Below, in pieces: positions 39,804-52,256 of a DNA stretch of 64,000 nucleotides. The notes under the pieces were generated by a model, which saw only the letters and a program-made list of their open reading frames with translations, did no database searches and had not been told where the DNA came from. The number at the start of each line of letters is the position of its first letter. The stretch's first letter is position 1. The position numbers were made by a program, and so were the translations under genes. Source of the DNA: Chiloscyllium plagiosum (lineage: Eukaryota); NCBI RefSeq assembly GCF_004010195.1, contig NC_057718.1:49749239-49813238 (forward strand), in the 5' to 3' direction.

Positions 39804-41086
39804 CTGACATTCAAACAGTACCATTTCAATATTGCTTTAAGTGTTCTCATCAAAATACATTTTTAAAACTTAGAAATAATCATGTTGATACTTTAGCAAA
39901 TTCTATACTGAAAAATCTTCAACGCAAAATGTTTTAAATACTTAGAAATTGTAATTGAAATGATAGAGATAGGATAAAGCAGGGATCTGAAATTATAAGT
40001 GATCATTCAGGGAATACACTTTCCTTAACATTTGCTCAACTTTCATTTTTTATTTGAGTGACTTTGGAACTATATTAATGAGTATGCAACATACACTTAT
40101 ATAATAATGTTGGGTCTGCAGCTAGAAATATTGAATCAAGTACATACCTCCAGGAATAATACTGAACTTCAAGATTACCACATTCTCAAATATTGCTCAT
40201 ATTATAAATACAAAAACAGAGCAAGCGACAGTCTGTGGACTAAGTTCTAGTGCTAGATGCTTAATGTTGTTTGTTAAATGCAAATATTAATAATGTGTAC
40301 AGGAATAGATCTCACATGACATTGCCCACATGGGGAATATTTTGAGAGCTACCAAATCCTAATGCATCCTCTTCCACTGTCTCCCCAGTTAATTCCACTC
40401 AGGAACTACATAACAATGTAAACTAAATCCACAAAAGGGACTCTGCTTGAAACCACTTACTAAGAGAAAGAGCAGGTCATACAGTGAGAATAAAGCCAAA
40501 CCAGCTAATTCAGGAATTAACAATATTGCAAGTCTGTTGAGAGAGTGCTGCAATGTTTACTTTACTCAAGCAGCATTATCAACATGGGAAAATGATAATG
40601 AAGCAACAGCTTTTCATTTACAATTAACTGAATTATCAATTATCACCAACAGATCAATATTCACATTAGCATGGAGTGGATATGGACATTCGGGATAAAA
40701 TAAATGGATGAGGTTGTGTTACTGGACTAATAATTCAGACGATGCATGTTCAAATTGCAACATTTGAATTTTTTTTTAAAAGAAAACTAAAAAGCGGATT
40801 AATACAAGTGACCACAAAATTGTTAGACTGTCAATAACAATCCAACTGAATCTCTAACAGCTTTGGGAAGTGACTGTATATCCTTGTCTGGCCAGCAACA
40901 GCCTCAGACCAGCGCCCAGGAGACTGAATCCTATCTGCCCAATGCAGCTACCTAACATTCATATTGTCAAGAATGTCCAGCACCAATACCTTTCCAGGGC
41001 CAGGCCAAAGATACTCACATTTGGGGCATGATTTCAGATGGGTGGAGAATGTTGAGCTCCAATGATATTCCACAAATGTCCTTTAC

Positions 41087-41256
41087 CTTACTAGTAGAAG
41101 CCTGTTTTCTGGTGGTGTTGTCTTCTAAGATCTGGAAGTAGCTTGTCATCAGTTCTGCAGCAGTCTGCCACTGGTGATGAAGCATGGCTTTCTCAATGCC
41201 ACTCAGACAAGTTTGGACTGTCTGTCGGAAACCAGTTTGCTTTGCATCTTTGATAT
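41087..41256 (-). CDS. TAF1A: TAF1A coding exon 2 (170 nt)
   Basis: cag|...|gtaaag. IKDAKQTGFRQTVQTCLSGIEKAMLHHQWQTAAELMTSYFQILEDNTTRKQASTSK resembles the recalled TAF1A segment 'EALLKHQWQQAAEYM...YFQTLED'. Confidence 0.93.
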
Positions 41257-42239
41257 CTGCACATCACAAGCGTGGTCATGAAAATAATTGCACTGCCAGT
41301 CATTGAACATGCACATAACTGATCAAAGATATGCAGTCACTCAGTCCTTCAAAATTACTGCCAGGATCACACGCACAAAGGAATACAGAAGTAACAGGAT
41401 AAGACTGATCAATGCGTAGCTGGAAAAACTATGGAGGGAGTTTCAAATTTGTGGGAGTCGCTCTGGCAGAGACAGCCCCTACACAAATCAGGCGATTTGC
41501 ACCTGAACGGAACTAAGTTCCTTGAGAGGGATTTCACCAGTGATTGGGAATGCTTTAACCTAACTCTGCAGGGTGGAAGAGAGACAGAAACTTCTCGTGA
41601 ACAGGGCACAATTTTAAAAAGGTGATTTGTCAGAGACGTAAGTGCAAGGCAAAAAGACACATTTTCACACAGTGCTCGACAGGACATGGAATGCAGTTCC
41701 AGGCAGTGTGATGGAGTCCCAGTGAAAGTTGCCACAGTCCCAGAGGACCACAGGCTGCTCTCTCTCATTGAAGGAGATGGGTGGTGGCAAGTTTAATGGG
41801 GAGATCACATAGCCTTTGGCAAGGATAAGGTAGAGGTGGTGGTGGTGAAGGTTCATTTGAGGCTGTCTTGTTTATTGATTCGCAGGATGAAGGCTAGGCT
41901 AGTATTTATTGCCCATACCCAGTTGTCCAGAGGGCAGTTAAGAGTCAACTATACTGCTGTGCGTCTGGAGTCACATATAGGCCAGACCAGGTAAGGATAG
42001 CAGCTTTCTCCCTGTAGGACATGAGTGAATTGGATGGGTCTTTCCGACAATCAACAATCGATTCATGGTCATCATTAGACTCGTAATTCCAGATATTTAT
42101 TGGATTCGAATTTCACTAGCTGCCACAGCAGGATTTGAACCTGGGTTCCCAGAACATTGCCTGGGGCTCTGGATTAACAGCATCAATACCACAAGGCCAT
42201 TGGCTAACGCCTTCTTAAAGGAGAGGCAATTACTTAAAG

Positions 42240-42455
42240 AGTCAGTTAGCTCAGTTGGCTGGACGGCTAGTTTGCAATGCTGAGCAAGGCTTAAAGTGAG
42301 AATTTACTTCCCAGACTGGCTGGGGTCACTCTGAAGATCTCTCCTTTTCAATTTCTCCCCTCACTTGGGTAGCAGTGACCCTCAGGTTAAACAACCGCCA
42401 GTCATCACCCTAAATGAGACAGCAACCCTAATGTCCTCTGGGACGTGGAGACTTT
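42240..42455 (+). mobile_element. tRNA-derived SINE (second family)
   Basis: gttagctcagttggct A-box head; a related copy lies at ~53650-53860. Confidence 0.6.
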
Positions 42456-42866
42456 ATCTTAGCTTAAACAGGAAACAATGTTCAGGGTCGTTGGGAAAGG
42501 CTGGAGTGTGGCACTAAACCATAACACTCATTTGGAGAGCTAGTACAGACACAACGGACTGAATGGCTGCCTTTTGTGCCATAATCATTTTCTGTTCTAT
42601 AAAAACCAATGAGCTTATTAGAGGCAGGGTCATTCAATACATGCAAGGCTGAGACAGACAGATTTCTAACCATTAAGTGAATCAAGGGTTATGGGGTAGG
42701 AAGGGAGATTTGAGGATTATCATGGAGTGGACTTGATAGGCTAAGTGGCCTATTTTCTTCCTACATCTTATGGTCTTATAGTATTTTCTAATGTCACTAT
42801 ATACAGGCTCAGAACTTAAAACGAATTAATAAGTTGAACAGAAATGGCTTACTGAAGTAGCCGTAC

Positions 42867-42993
42867 TTTGGAACTGAAGTATACTCCTAGGCAGGTGTAA
42901 ACAGATCTCTGGCCGTGAGCTGCTGGCCTGAACAGGCCCATCGTCAGTTGAGTTATCTCTTTCTGCTATTAGCTCAGCAATCCCATCATCCAT
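42867..42993 (-). CDS. TAF1A: TAF1A first coding exon (ATG at 42993; exon acceptor at 43023)
   Basis: Acceptor ttttcag|, ATG in aagATGG context, translates MDDGIAELIAERDNSTDDGPVQASSSRPEICLHLPRSILQFQ. The phase-1 donor A|GTACGG at 42867 matches the next exon. The N-terminus is poorly conserved, so the call rests on splice phase and position. Confidence 0.7.
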
Positions 42994-43150
42994 CTTCAGC
43001 TCACCATTAACGTGAAATTAAGCCTGAAAAGTAGAAATCATCTTTAAAAGAAAGAGCCAACATCTGGTTTACTCCAGGTGCCAAATTCAAATAAGGGAAA
43101 GAATAAAAGGACAAAGGTGACAAATCAATGGCTGAAGAGACGGGCATGAT

Positions 43151-43369
43151 TTGGAGATGCCGGTGTTGGAGAGAGCTGGACAAAGTTAAAAATCACACAA
43201 CTCCTGGTTATAGTCCAGCAGGTTTATTTGGAAGCACTAGCTTTCGGAGTGCTGCTCCTTCATCAGCTAGTTGTCTTCACAACCACCTGAAGGAGTAGTG
43301 CTCTGAAAGTTAGTGCCCCCAAATAAACCTGCTGGACTATAACCAGGCGTTGTGTGATTTTTAACTTTG
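43151..43369. mobile_element. Palindromic element (family B) with hammerhead core
   Basis: Near-perfect inverted repeat across 43181-43369. Minus strand 43266-43238 reads CUGAUGA-AGGAG CAGCA CUCC-GAA-AGCU-A. Confidence 0.8.
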
Positions 43370-44074
43370 AAGAGGCGGTGTAATGTTCAAGGATTCAGGT
43401 TTGTGGGATTTCAAATGGGACGAAAAGACCTGTTCAAAAAGGATGAGTTTCACCTGCGCTGGAAAGGAACCAATATCCTAGCGGGAAGAATTGCTAATTC
43501 TATGAAAAGAGACTGTGTACTATCAGAGAAAGGGGGTGGAGGGACCCTAAGTAGCAGAGGAAATAGAAAGATCGATGAGAATGTTTTTTTAGTCTGAAAA
43601 GGACAAGTTAATTAGAAAAGACAGGTAACACCAACTCACAGAATTAAGAATTAAACTGCATTTGTTCAATGCAAGTGCTGTTACAGATAGCACTTAGGGC
43701 ATGTTTAGGAACATGGGATTGGGACATCATAACTATTACAGAATCTTGGCTAAGGCTGGACAGGACTGGAAGCTCAATGTTCCAGGTTTTATGTGCTAAA
43801 GGAGGGATAGACAAAGAGGTAAAAGAGGATGGGGGCGTGGCATTTTTGATAAAGGAAAACATTACTGCTGTAACCAGAGAAGATATTTCCGAAAGACTGT
43901 CTAGTCAAAATAACTACAAATAAAAAAGGTATTGTACAATAGACCCCCCCCCCTTCAGTAGTCAGAGGGAATTTGAGGAACAAATATGCAGAGAGATCTC
44001 AGATACATGTGAATAATAAGGCTGTAATAGTAGATGATTTTAATTTTCCAAACATTAACTGGGACTACCATAGT

Positions 44075-44303
44075 TGAGACAGTGAGGTCTGCAGGTGCTG
44101 GAGATTAGAGCTGAGAGTGTGTTGCTGGAAAAGCACAGCAGGTCAGGCAGCATCTGAGGAGCAGGAAAATCGAAGTTTCAGGTCGGAGTCCTTAATCAGG
44201 AATGCTTCCTGATGAAGGGTTCCGGCTCAAAACATCGATTTTCCTGCAGCCTCAGATGCTGCCTGACCTGCTGTGCTTTTCCAGCAACACACTCTCAACT
44301 GAA
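44075..44303. mobile_element. PLE-derived fold-back element with two opposed decayed hammerheads
   Basis: TSD actaccatagt at 44064-74 and 44304-14; long inverted arms. Confidence 0.85.
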
Positions 44304-45260
44304 ACTACCATAGTGTTCAGGGCTTGGATGGTGAAGAACTTGTTAAATGTGCTCAAGAAAATTTCTTTAACAATATGCAAATGTTCCTATCAGAGAAGAC
44401 GCAAACCTGGACCTTCTCTTGGGTAATAAAAAAGGGCAAGTAACTGAAGTGGTGGTAGGGGAAACACTTTGAATTGAGTGATCATAAATCTATTTGTTTT
44501 AAATAGTTAATGGAAAAGGATAAGCCTTTTATAAAAATTCAAGTTTTTAATTGGAGTAAGGCAAATTTTAATGGTATGAGACAAGAACTTTCAGAAATTG
44601 ATTGGAGAAGACTGTTCACAGGTAAAGGGACATCTGAAAAGGGGAATGCTTTCAAAAGTGTGATAACAAGAGTTCAGAGTCATGACGTCCCTGTTAGAGT
44701 GAAAAGTAAGGCTGGTAGGATGAGAGAACAATGGATGAATAAAGATATTGAGATTTTAGTTAAGAACAAAAAAGAATTATGTTAGATATAAACAACTGGG
44801 TTCAAATGAATCTCTTGAACAGTATAAAGTGTGTAGGGGCATTCTTAAGAGGGAATACAGCAAGACAAAGACAGGATATGAGATGGTCTTGGCAAATAAT
44901 GTTAAGGATAATCCAAAGAGACGCCACAACTACATTAAGAGCAAGACAGCAACGAGGGAAATTACGGCCCCTTAAAGGTCATAGACTGTCTTAGTGTTGA
45001 GCCTCAGGAGTTGGGAGAGACATTAACTGAATATTTCACACTATTTCCTTCTCCACAGTAAAAACTAGAGGCTAGAGAATGCAGGGAAATAAATGCTAAT
45101 GTTTTAAAGACAGCTCACATTACAGAAAAGAAAATGCTGGAAGTATTAGAAAATATAAAAGTAGATAAATCTCCTGGATCTAATCTAGTGTATCCTGGGA
45201 CTTTGTGGGAAGTTAGGGAGGAGGTTGCAGGGCCCCTTACAGAAATATTTGTATCATTCA

Positions 45261-45490
45261 AGGTTTGTGTAAAGATTTGTGGCTTGGGTGCAGGTTGTTG
45301 TGGGTATATTCGCCAAGCTGAGAAGTTGATTTGGGAAGGGCTGCCCCAACAAATTCCAGAAAACACAGTACAGCAGTGCTTCACAGGAGGATCCAAAGCA
45401 CTGAAGATGTCACCCAGACATAGGATGAAACGTCTGCAAATCAACTTCCCAGCTCAGCAAATAAACCCACAATAAACACAAGTGAGGTGC
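45261..45490 (+). mobile_element. Family C short element with hammerhead core at 45398-45437
   Basis: GCA-CUGAAGA-U-GUC...GAU-GAA-ACGU-C-UGC. Terminal inverted arms gctgagaagttgatttg / caaatcaacttcccagc. Confidence 0.7.
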
Positions 45491-45496
45491 CGAATG

Positions 45497-45806
45497 ATTA
45501 GATTAGATTACCTACAGTGTGGAAACAGGCCCTTCGGCCCAACCAGTCCACAATGACCCTCCGAAGAGTAACCTATCCAGACCCACTTTCCTCTGACTAA
45601 TGCACCTAACACTATTAGCAATTTAGCATGGCCAATTCACCTAACCTGCACATCTTTGGACTATGGGAGGAAACTGGAGCACCTGGAGGAAACGCACGCA
45701 GACACGGGAGGGATCGTGCAAAATCCACACAGACAGTTGCCCGAAGCTGGAATCGAACCTGGGACCCTGCTGCTGTGAGGCAGCAGTGCTAACCAATGAG
45801 CCCACA
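45497..45806 (-). mobile_element. HE1-like SINE
   Basis: (attag)n tail plus V-SINE-like core on the minus strand. Confidence 0.85.
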
Positions 45807-46523
45807 GTGGATTGGAGAGTGGCTAATGTTGTGTCTTGGTTTAAGAAGGGATGGATGGAGAAGCATGGAATTGTAGACCTGTGAGTCTGACTTCAGTGGT
45901 GGGAAAGTTGTTGGAAGTGATTCTGAAAGATAGGAATTATATGCACCTGGAGAGGAAAGGAATGGGATAGTCAGCATGGTTTTGTGCGAGGGAAATCATA
46001 TCTCACAAACTAGATTGAGTTTTCTGAGGAAGTACTCAAGAAGATTGATGAGGGCAGTGCAGTAGATGCTGCTTATTTGGACTTCAGTGAGCCAATTAGA
46101 TGTAAAATGGGCTTACTGACACGAACCAGTGATGGTGGACGGTTGTTTTTCACACTGGATACCTGTGGCCAGCAGTGTTTCATGGGGATTGAGTCTGGTT
46201 CCACTGTTGTTTGTCATTTATAAAAATGATTTAAATGAGAATAGAGGGCATTGTTAGTAAATTTGCAGATAACACCTAAATTGCTGGTATAGAAGACAGT
46301 GAAAAACGTTATCGAAGAATGCAAATGGATCTTGGTCAATTGGGCAAAAGGGCTGAAGAATGGTAGATGGAATTTAATTTGGATAAATGTGAGATATTAT
46401 ATTTTGGTAAAAACAAACTAAGGCAAGGCTTATACAATTAATAGTAGGCCTTTGTTTGGTGTTGTACAACACAGACACCTAAGGACTCAGGTACATAATT
46501 CTTTGAAGTTTGCATCAAATATA

Positions 46524-47052
46524 TATGGGCACCCGCATGGGCCCCAGCTATGCCTGCCTCTTCGTAGGATATGTGGTAGTCCCAGTTGAGTGTGTTTTGC
46601 TGGAAAAGCACAGCAGGTCAGGCAGCATCCCGGTTGCCCGAGATAGAAATGGAGAGGCCTAGGAAGGGGACGGAGGAGTCTGAGACGGTCCAGGTAAATT
46701 TGAGGTCAGGATGGAATGTGTTGGTAAAGTGGATGAACTGTTCAACCTCCTCGTGGGAGCACAAGGCAGCGCCGATACAGTCATCGATGTAGCGGAGGAA
46801 AAGATGGGGGGGTGGTGCTAGTGTAGCTGCGGAAGATATCCTTCCACCTATCGCATTTCCAACACCCCTCCCCCAAGTCCCTCCTCCTTACCTTTTATCT
46901 TAGCCTGCTGGACACACTTTCCTCATTCCTGAAGAAGGGCTCATGCCCGAAACGTCGATTCTCCTGCTCCTTGGATGCTGCCTGACCTGCTGCGCTTTTC
47001 CAGCAACACATTTTCAGCTCTGATCTCCAGCATCTGCAGTCCTCACTTTCTC
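46524..47052. mobile_element. Rearranged Penelope-like insertion with intact hammerhead core at 46929-46956 (+)
   Basis: MGTRMGPSYACLF RT piece (+), inverted RT piece (YIDD), terminal repeat. TSD catcaaatata at 46513-23 and 47053-63. Confidence 0.85.
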
Positions 47053-48993
47053 CATCAAATATAGAGAGGGTGGTTAAGAAGGAGTTTAGCATGCTCGCTT
47101 TCGCTACTCAGACCTTTGAGTACAAGAGTTGGGATGTTATGTTGAGGTTATATGGGATGTTGGTGGGGCCTCAATTGGAATACCGTGACTAGTTTTGGTA
47201 GCCTTGTTTTAGGAAGGATATTATTAAGTTGGAGAGTTCAGAAGAGGATGTTGCTGCGAACGGAGGATTTCAGTAATAAGCAGAGTCTAGGGTTCATTTC
47301 ACTGGAGCTTAGCAGGTTGAGAAGTGACCCTATAGAGTTTTATAAAATCAAGAGAGGTATAGATAGGGTGAATGGCAGATGTCTTTTCTCTAGGATAGGG
47401 GATTTCACGACAAGGAGGCACATTTTTAAGGTGACAGGAGAAAGATTTTAAAAAGGACATGATTTTTTTTAAAAAACAGTGTGGTTCGTGAGTGGAATGA
47501 ACGTACAGAGGAAGTGGTGGATGCAGATACAGTTACAATGTTTAAAAGACGTTTAGATATGTACATAAATAAGAAATGTTTGGAGAGATATCGGCCAGGA
47601 GCAGACTGGATGGAAATGTTTAATTTAGGATTATGGTCGGTATGATCTGTTTGGACTGAAAGGTCAGTTTCCATGCTTTATGATTCCATGACTTACTTAA
47701 AGTCTCAAAGTCGTAATCATCAAAAGGCCAGAATCCGAGTTTTAACTTTTCCTGGATTTAGACTTAAAACAAATTTCGTTCTCACAAGAAGCAAAATACA
47801 GACTTAAGTAACAATTTTGGAAGTAACATTAAACTGCTTGTAACTGTTTCCAAAGGGTGTTGGTAAAGTGGATGAACTGTTCAACCTCCTCGTGGGAGCA
47901 CAAGGCAGCGCCGATACAATCGTCGATGTAGCGGAGGAAAAGGTGGGGGGTGGTGCTAGTGTAGCTGCGGAAGATATCCTTCCACCTATCGCATTTCCAA
48001 CGCCCCTCCCCCAAGTCACTCCTCCCTACCTTTTATCTTAGCCTGCTTGGCATACTTTCCTCATTCCTGAAGAAGGGCTCATGCCCAAAACGTCAATTCT
48101 CCTGCTCCTTGGATGCTGCCTGACCTGCTGCGCTTTTCCAGCAACACATTTTCAGCTCTGATCTCCAGCATCTGCAGTCCTCACTTTCTCCATCAAATAT
48201 AGAGAGGGTGGTTAAGAAGGAGTTTAGCACGCTTGCCTTCGCTGCTCAGACCTTTGAGTACAAGAGTTGGGATGTTATGTTGAGGTTATACGGGATGTTG
48301 GTGGGGCCTCTATTGGAATACCGTGACTAGTTTTGGTAGCCTTGCTTTAGGAAGGATATTATTAAGTTGGAGAGTTCAGAAGAGGATGTTGCTGGGAACG
48401 GAGGATTTCAGTAATAAGCAGAGTCTAGGACTCTTTTCACTGGAGCTTAGCAGGTTGAGAAGTGACCCTATAGAGTTTTATAAAATCAAGAGGGGTATAG
48501 ATAAGGTGAGTGGCAGATGTCTTTTCTCTAGGATAGGGGATTTCACGACAAGGAGGCATATTTTTAAGGTGACAGGAGAAAGATTTTAAAAAGGACATGA
48601 TTTTTTTTTTAAAACAGTGTGGTTCATGAGTGGAATGAACGTCCAGAGGAAGTAGTGGATGCAGATACAGTTACAATGTTTAAAAGACGTTTAGATATGT
48701 ACATAAATAAGAAATGTTTGGAGAGATATCGGCCAGGAGCAGACTGGATGGAAATGTTTAATTTAGGATTATGGTCGGTATGATCTGTTTGGACTGAAAG
48801 GTCAGTTTCCATGCTTTATGATTCCATGACTTACTTAAAGTCTCAAAGTCGTAATCATCAAAAGGCCAGAATCCGAGTTTTAACTTTTCCTGGATTTAGA
48901 CTTAAAACAAATTTCGTTCTCACAAGAAGCAAAATACAGACTTAAGTAACAATTTTGGAAGTAACATTAAACTGCTTGTAACTGTTTCCAAAG
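46718..48993. repeat. Recent ~1.14-kb tandem duplication (46718-47855 / 47857-48993)
   Basis: Two nearly identical colinear copies of PLE end + CR1 tail + unique flank. Confidence 0.93.
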
Positions 48994-49925
48994 TCTGCTT
49001 CAGTAGCTGGATCTTCAGGCTTCCTCGCCAATGGATCTCTGCTTATCAAACTGCCCAGGCCACATGTAAAGCAAACACTGATCCTAACACGCTGTGGATT
49101 GAGAAGTGCATCTCATGTCCAATGGAAAGCAACACAGCAGACTAGCACAACTACAATTAAAGGGTGAGGTAGTAGGATTATGATACAAACCACACTTTCA
49201 GACCCATCAGGTCTTCTGTCCCATGTATTCCTGCAGCAAAAAGCACATTTATCCACAGACAGGGGATTCCCTTCTTGAACAGTTTACTGTTGGTTACACT
49301 TGTGTGAACCTGGAACAACTACATAATGAGACAAAGCTAGTTTTTAAGCCTATTTATGGCAGTCTTTCAGAAACCCATCGCTGCTTAATCTCACTTCAGT
49401 CGTTGGTTGCTTCTCGAAAAACAAAAACCTAGCCTGCTCCTTTAAAATATGCATATCAACTTTTGCAACTGGCAAAAATCCTGTGTGCAGAAATACTTAA
49501 TTTCCCTGTGCTTTCTCATTCTCAAAGTGCTGTTTCAGTTTACTTTATTGATTGAAGTACCTTATGTAATCATGCGGAAGTTCAATTTAAGGGGCTTCTT
49601 TTCAAAGGACAGAGGTCTAGTCTCTTTAATTGGCTCTTAATGATTTTTAATTGCTTCTGGGATCAGACTGTACACTGTGTCTAGACTGGCCCCATTTATA
49701 TCATAACACCTACATTTCTCAGAGATGAGAAAGAAATGTAGATTGATGAAAATCGTGAAGAAACAAGAGCAAATGCACAAAGACAAATTTCACAAAATTC
49801 GATTAAAAACAATAAAATAAAAAAGGAATAATGTTTTGCAGTCACATTTGAAATGCATCAAACATGAATACATTGAGGTTTCGTAACTGGATTTACTGAA
49901 TGAACTTTTTCAAGAAAGTACAAAA

Positions 49926-49939
49926 GCTCCATCTGGTGG
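49926..49939 (-). promoter_or_regulatory. CTCF-like motif CCACCAGATGGAGC
   Basis: Close match to the CTCF core consensus, in unique sequence upstream of the first TAF1A coding exon. Confidence 0.45.
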
Positions 49940-50663
49940 TGAAGAATAGACACTGACAGATCATAGCAAAAGCTTCGAAGTCAAGAAACAAACTAAAAAC
50001 GTGCTCATTTCAAACTGTGATACTGGATACTTTGGGCCCTAATTAACAACTTAAGCAAATAACTCATCAATTTGATACATTTCCCTTCTTTGTGTCTTAA
50101 ATAACAAGTTGCAAGTAGTATCGATATTGAAATCGAGTTTTTGAGAGTCAGAGATGTACAGCANNNNNNNNNNNNNNNNNNNNNNNNNNNNNNNNNNNNN
50201 NNNNNNNNNNNNNNNNNNNNNNNNNNNNNNNNNNNNNNNNNNNNNNNNNNNNNNNNNNNNNNNNNNNNNNNNNNNNNNNNNNNNNNNNNNNNNNNNNNNN
50301 NNNNNNNNNNNNNNNNNNNNNNNNNNNNNNNNNNNNNNNNNNNNNNNNNNNNNNNNNNNNNNNNNNNNNNNNNNNNNNNNNNNNNNNNNNNNNNNNNNNN
50401 NNNNNNNNNNNNNNNNNNNNNNNNNNNNNNNNNNNNNNNNNNNNNNNNNNNNNNNNNNNNNNNNNNNNNNNNNNNNNNNNNNNNNNNNNNNNNNNNNNNN
50501 NNNNNNNNNNNNNNNNNNNNNNNNNNNNNNNNNNNNNNNNNNNNNNNNNNNNNNNNNNNNNNNNNNNNNNNNNNNNNNNNNNNNNNNNNNNNNNNNNNNN
50601 NNNNNNNNNNNNNNNNNNNNNNNNNNNNNNNNNNNNNNNNNNNNNNNNNNNNNNNNNNNNNNN

Positions 50664-51330
50664 TCTAGCTTCCCACAGAGTTCTCGGCTACACCTGATGA
50701 GATCCTGGAGATTTATCAACTGTTATGCGTTTCAAGGCATCCAGCACCACCTCTTCTGTAATATGGACATTTTTCAAGATGTCACCAACTATTTTCCCAC
50801 ATTCTTTATTTTCCATGCCCTTCTCCACAGTAAACATTGTTGCAAAATACACATTTAGTATATCCCCCCCCATCTCCCGCAGCTCCACACATACACTGTC
50901 GTGCTGATTTTTAAGGGGCCCTATTCGCTTCCTATACTCTAAGGATTCACTCGATCTATCCTGTCTTTACCTAACATATGCTTCCTTCTTTTTCTTAATC
51001 AAAACCTCAATTTCTTTAGTCATCCAGTATTCCCTATACCTACCAGCCTTTCCTTTCACCCTAACAGGAATATACTGTCTTCTAGACTCTTGGTTATCTC
51101 ATTTTTGAAGGCTTCCCATTTTCCAGCCGTCCCATTACCTGCGAACATCCGACCCCAATCAGCTTTTGAAAGTTCTTGCCTAATACTATCAAGATTAGCC
51201 TTCCTCCAAATTTAGAACTTCAAATTTTAGATCTGGTCTATCCTTTTCCATATCTATTTTAAAACTAACAGAATTATGATCGCTGGCCCCAAAGTGCGCC
51301 CCCACTGACACCTCAGTCACCTACCCTGCG
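50664..51330 (-). mobile_element. CR1/HER1 ORF2 fragment
   Basis: GDILNVYFATMFTVEK...LDALKRITVDKSPG. Confidence 0.8.
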
Positions 51331-51789
51331 TTAATTCAGAAGCTGAGATATTTCAGTAACATTACCCTCTCGTTCTACTACACTATAATGGGTAAAGGCC
51401 CAACTTATACAACCTACCTTCTTATGATAAGCCCTTCACCCCCAAATGAGTCCAGTGTCCCTTATTTGTTCGTAATATGGCAAATCAATTGTAGCACACT
51501 CCAACGTTTGGATCTCCACCTTCACAAAGTTGGAAGGGTTATGCCACCTCACAGAGTGGTATTAGAACCTTGAATCCAGAAATCCCACCTCCCAAGCCCA
51601 GCACTCATTATTTCTGTCAACAGGGAATCATGTGCCTGGGTGTGTGTTGCACATTCACAGATCACAGAGACCGCAGCACACTTAAAAGGTAAAGCTGCAT
51701 GGCTCACAAGTAATTTTTATCACCCTAATTTCTGAAACAGGACTCACGGGTGTGAGACATTGGAAAAAGTGGTCTGAACATATTGCAGC

Positions 51790-52256
51790 TCTTTGAAAGG
51801 ATGTTGCTGGGACTGGAGAGTTTGAGCTATAGGGAGGCGCTGAATAGACTAGGGCTTTTCTTTCCCCCTGGAGTGTCAGAGGCTGAAGGATGACCGCTAC
51901 AGAGTTTTATAAAATCATGAGGGGCAGATATAGGGTGAATAGCCAAGGTCTTCTTCCTAGCGTAGGGGGTGTCCAAAAGTTTAAGTTGAGGCGGGTGGGC
52001 AGGGAAGATTTAAAAAGGACTTGAGGGGTAACCTTTTCACCTAGAGGCTGGTGCATGTATGGAACAATTTACCAGAGGAAATGGTGGAGATGGGTACAAT
52101 TACAAACTTAAAGGCATCCGGATGGGTGCATCAATAGGAAGGGCTTTGACAGTTAAGAGCCAACTGCTGGCAAATAGGACTAGGTCTGATTGTAATGTCT
52201 GGTCGGCACAGACAAGTTGGACCGCAGGGTCTGTTTCCCTGCTGTGTGACTCTATG
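51790..52256 (+). mobile_element. CR1/HER1 3' end
   Basis: Same tail family as 47060-47690. Confidence 0.75.

Larger units (their letters stand above)
43370..47690 (+). mobile_element. Near full-length decayed HER1/CR1 LINE (ORF1 esterase, APE, RT, 3' tail) with nested insertions
   Basis: FKKDEFHLRWKGTNILAGR (ORF1), DIITITESWL and GGGVAFLIKE (APE), IKVDKSPG, DWRVANV, LDFS, FADN (RT). Confidence 0.88.
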
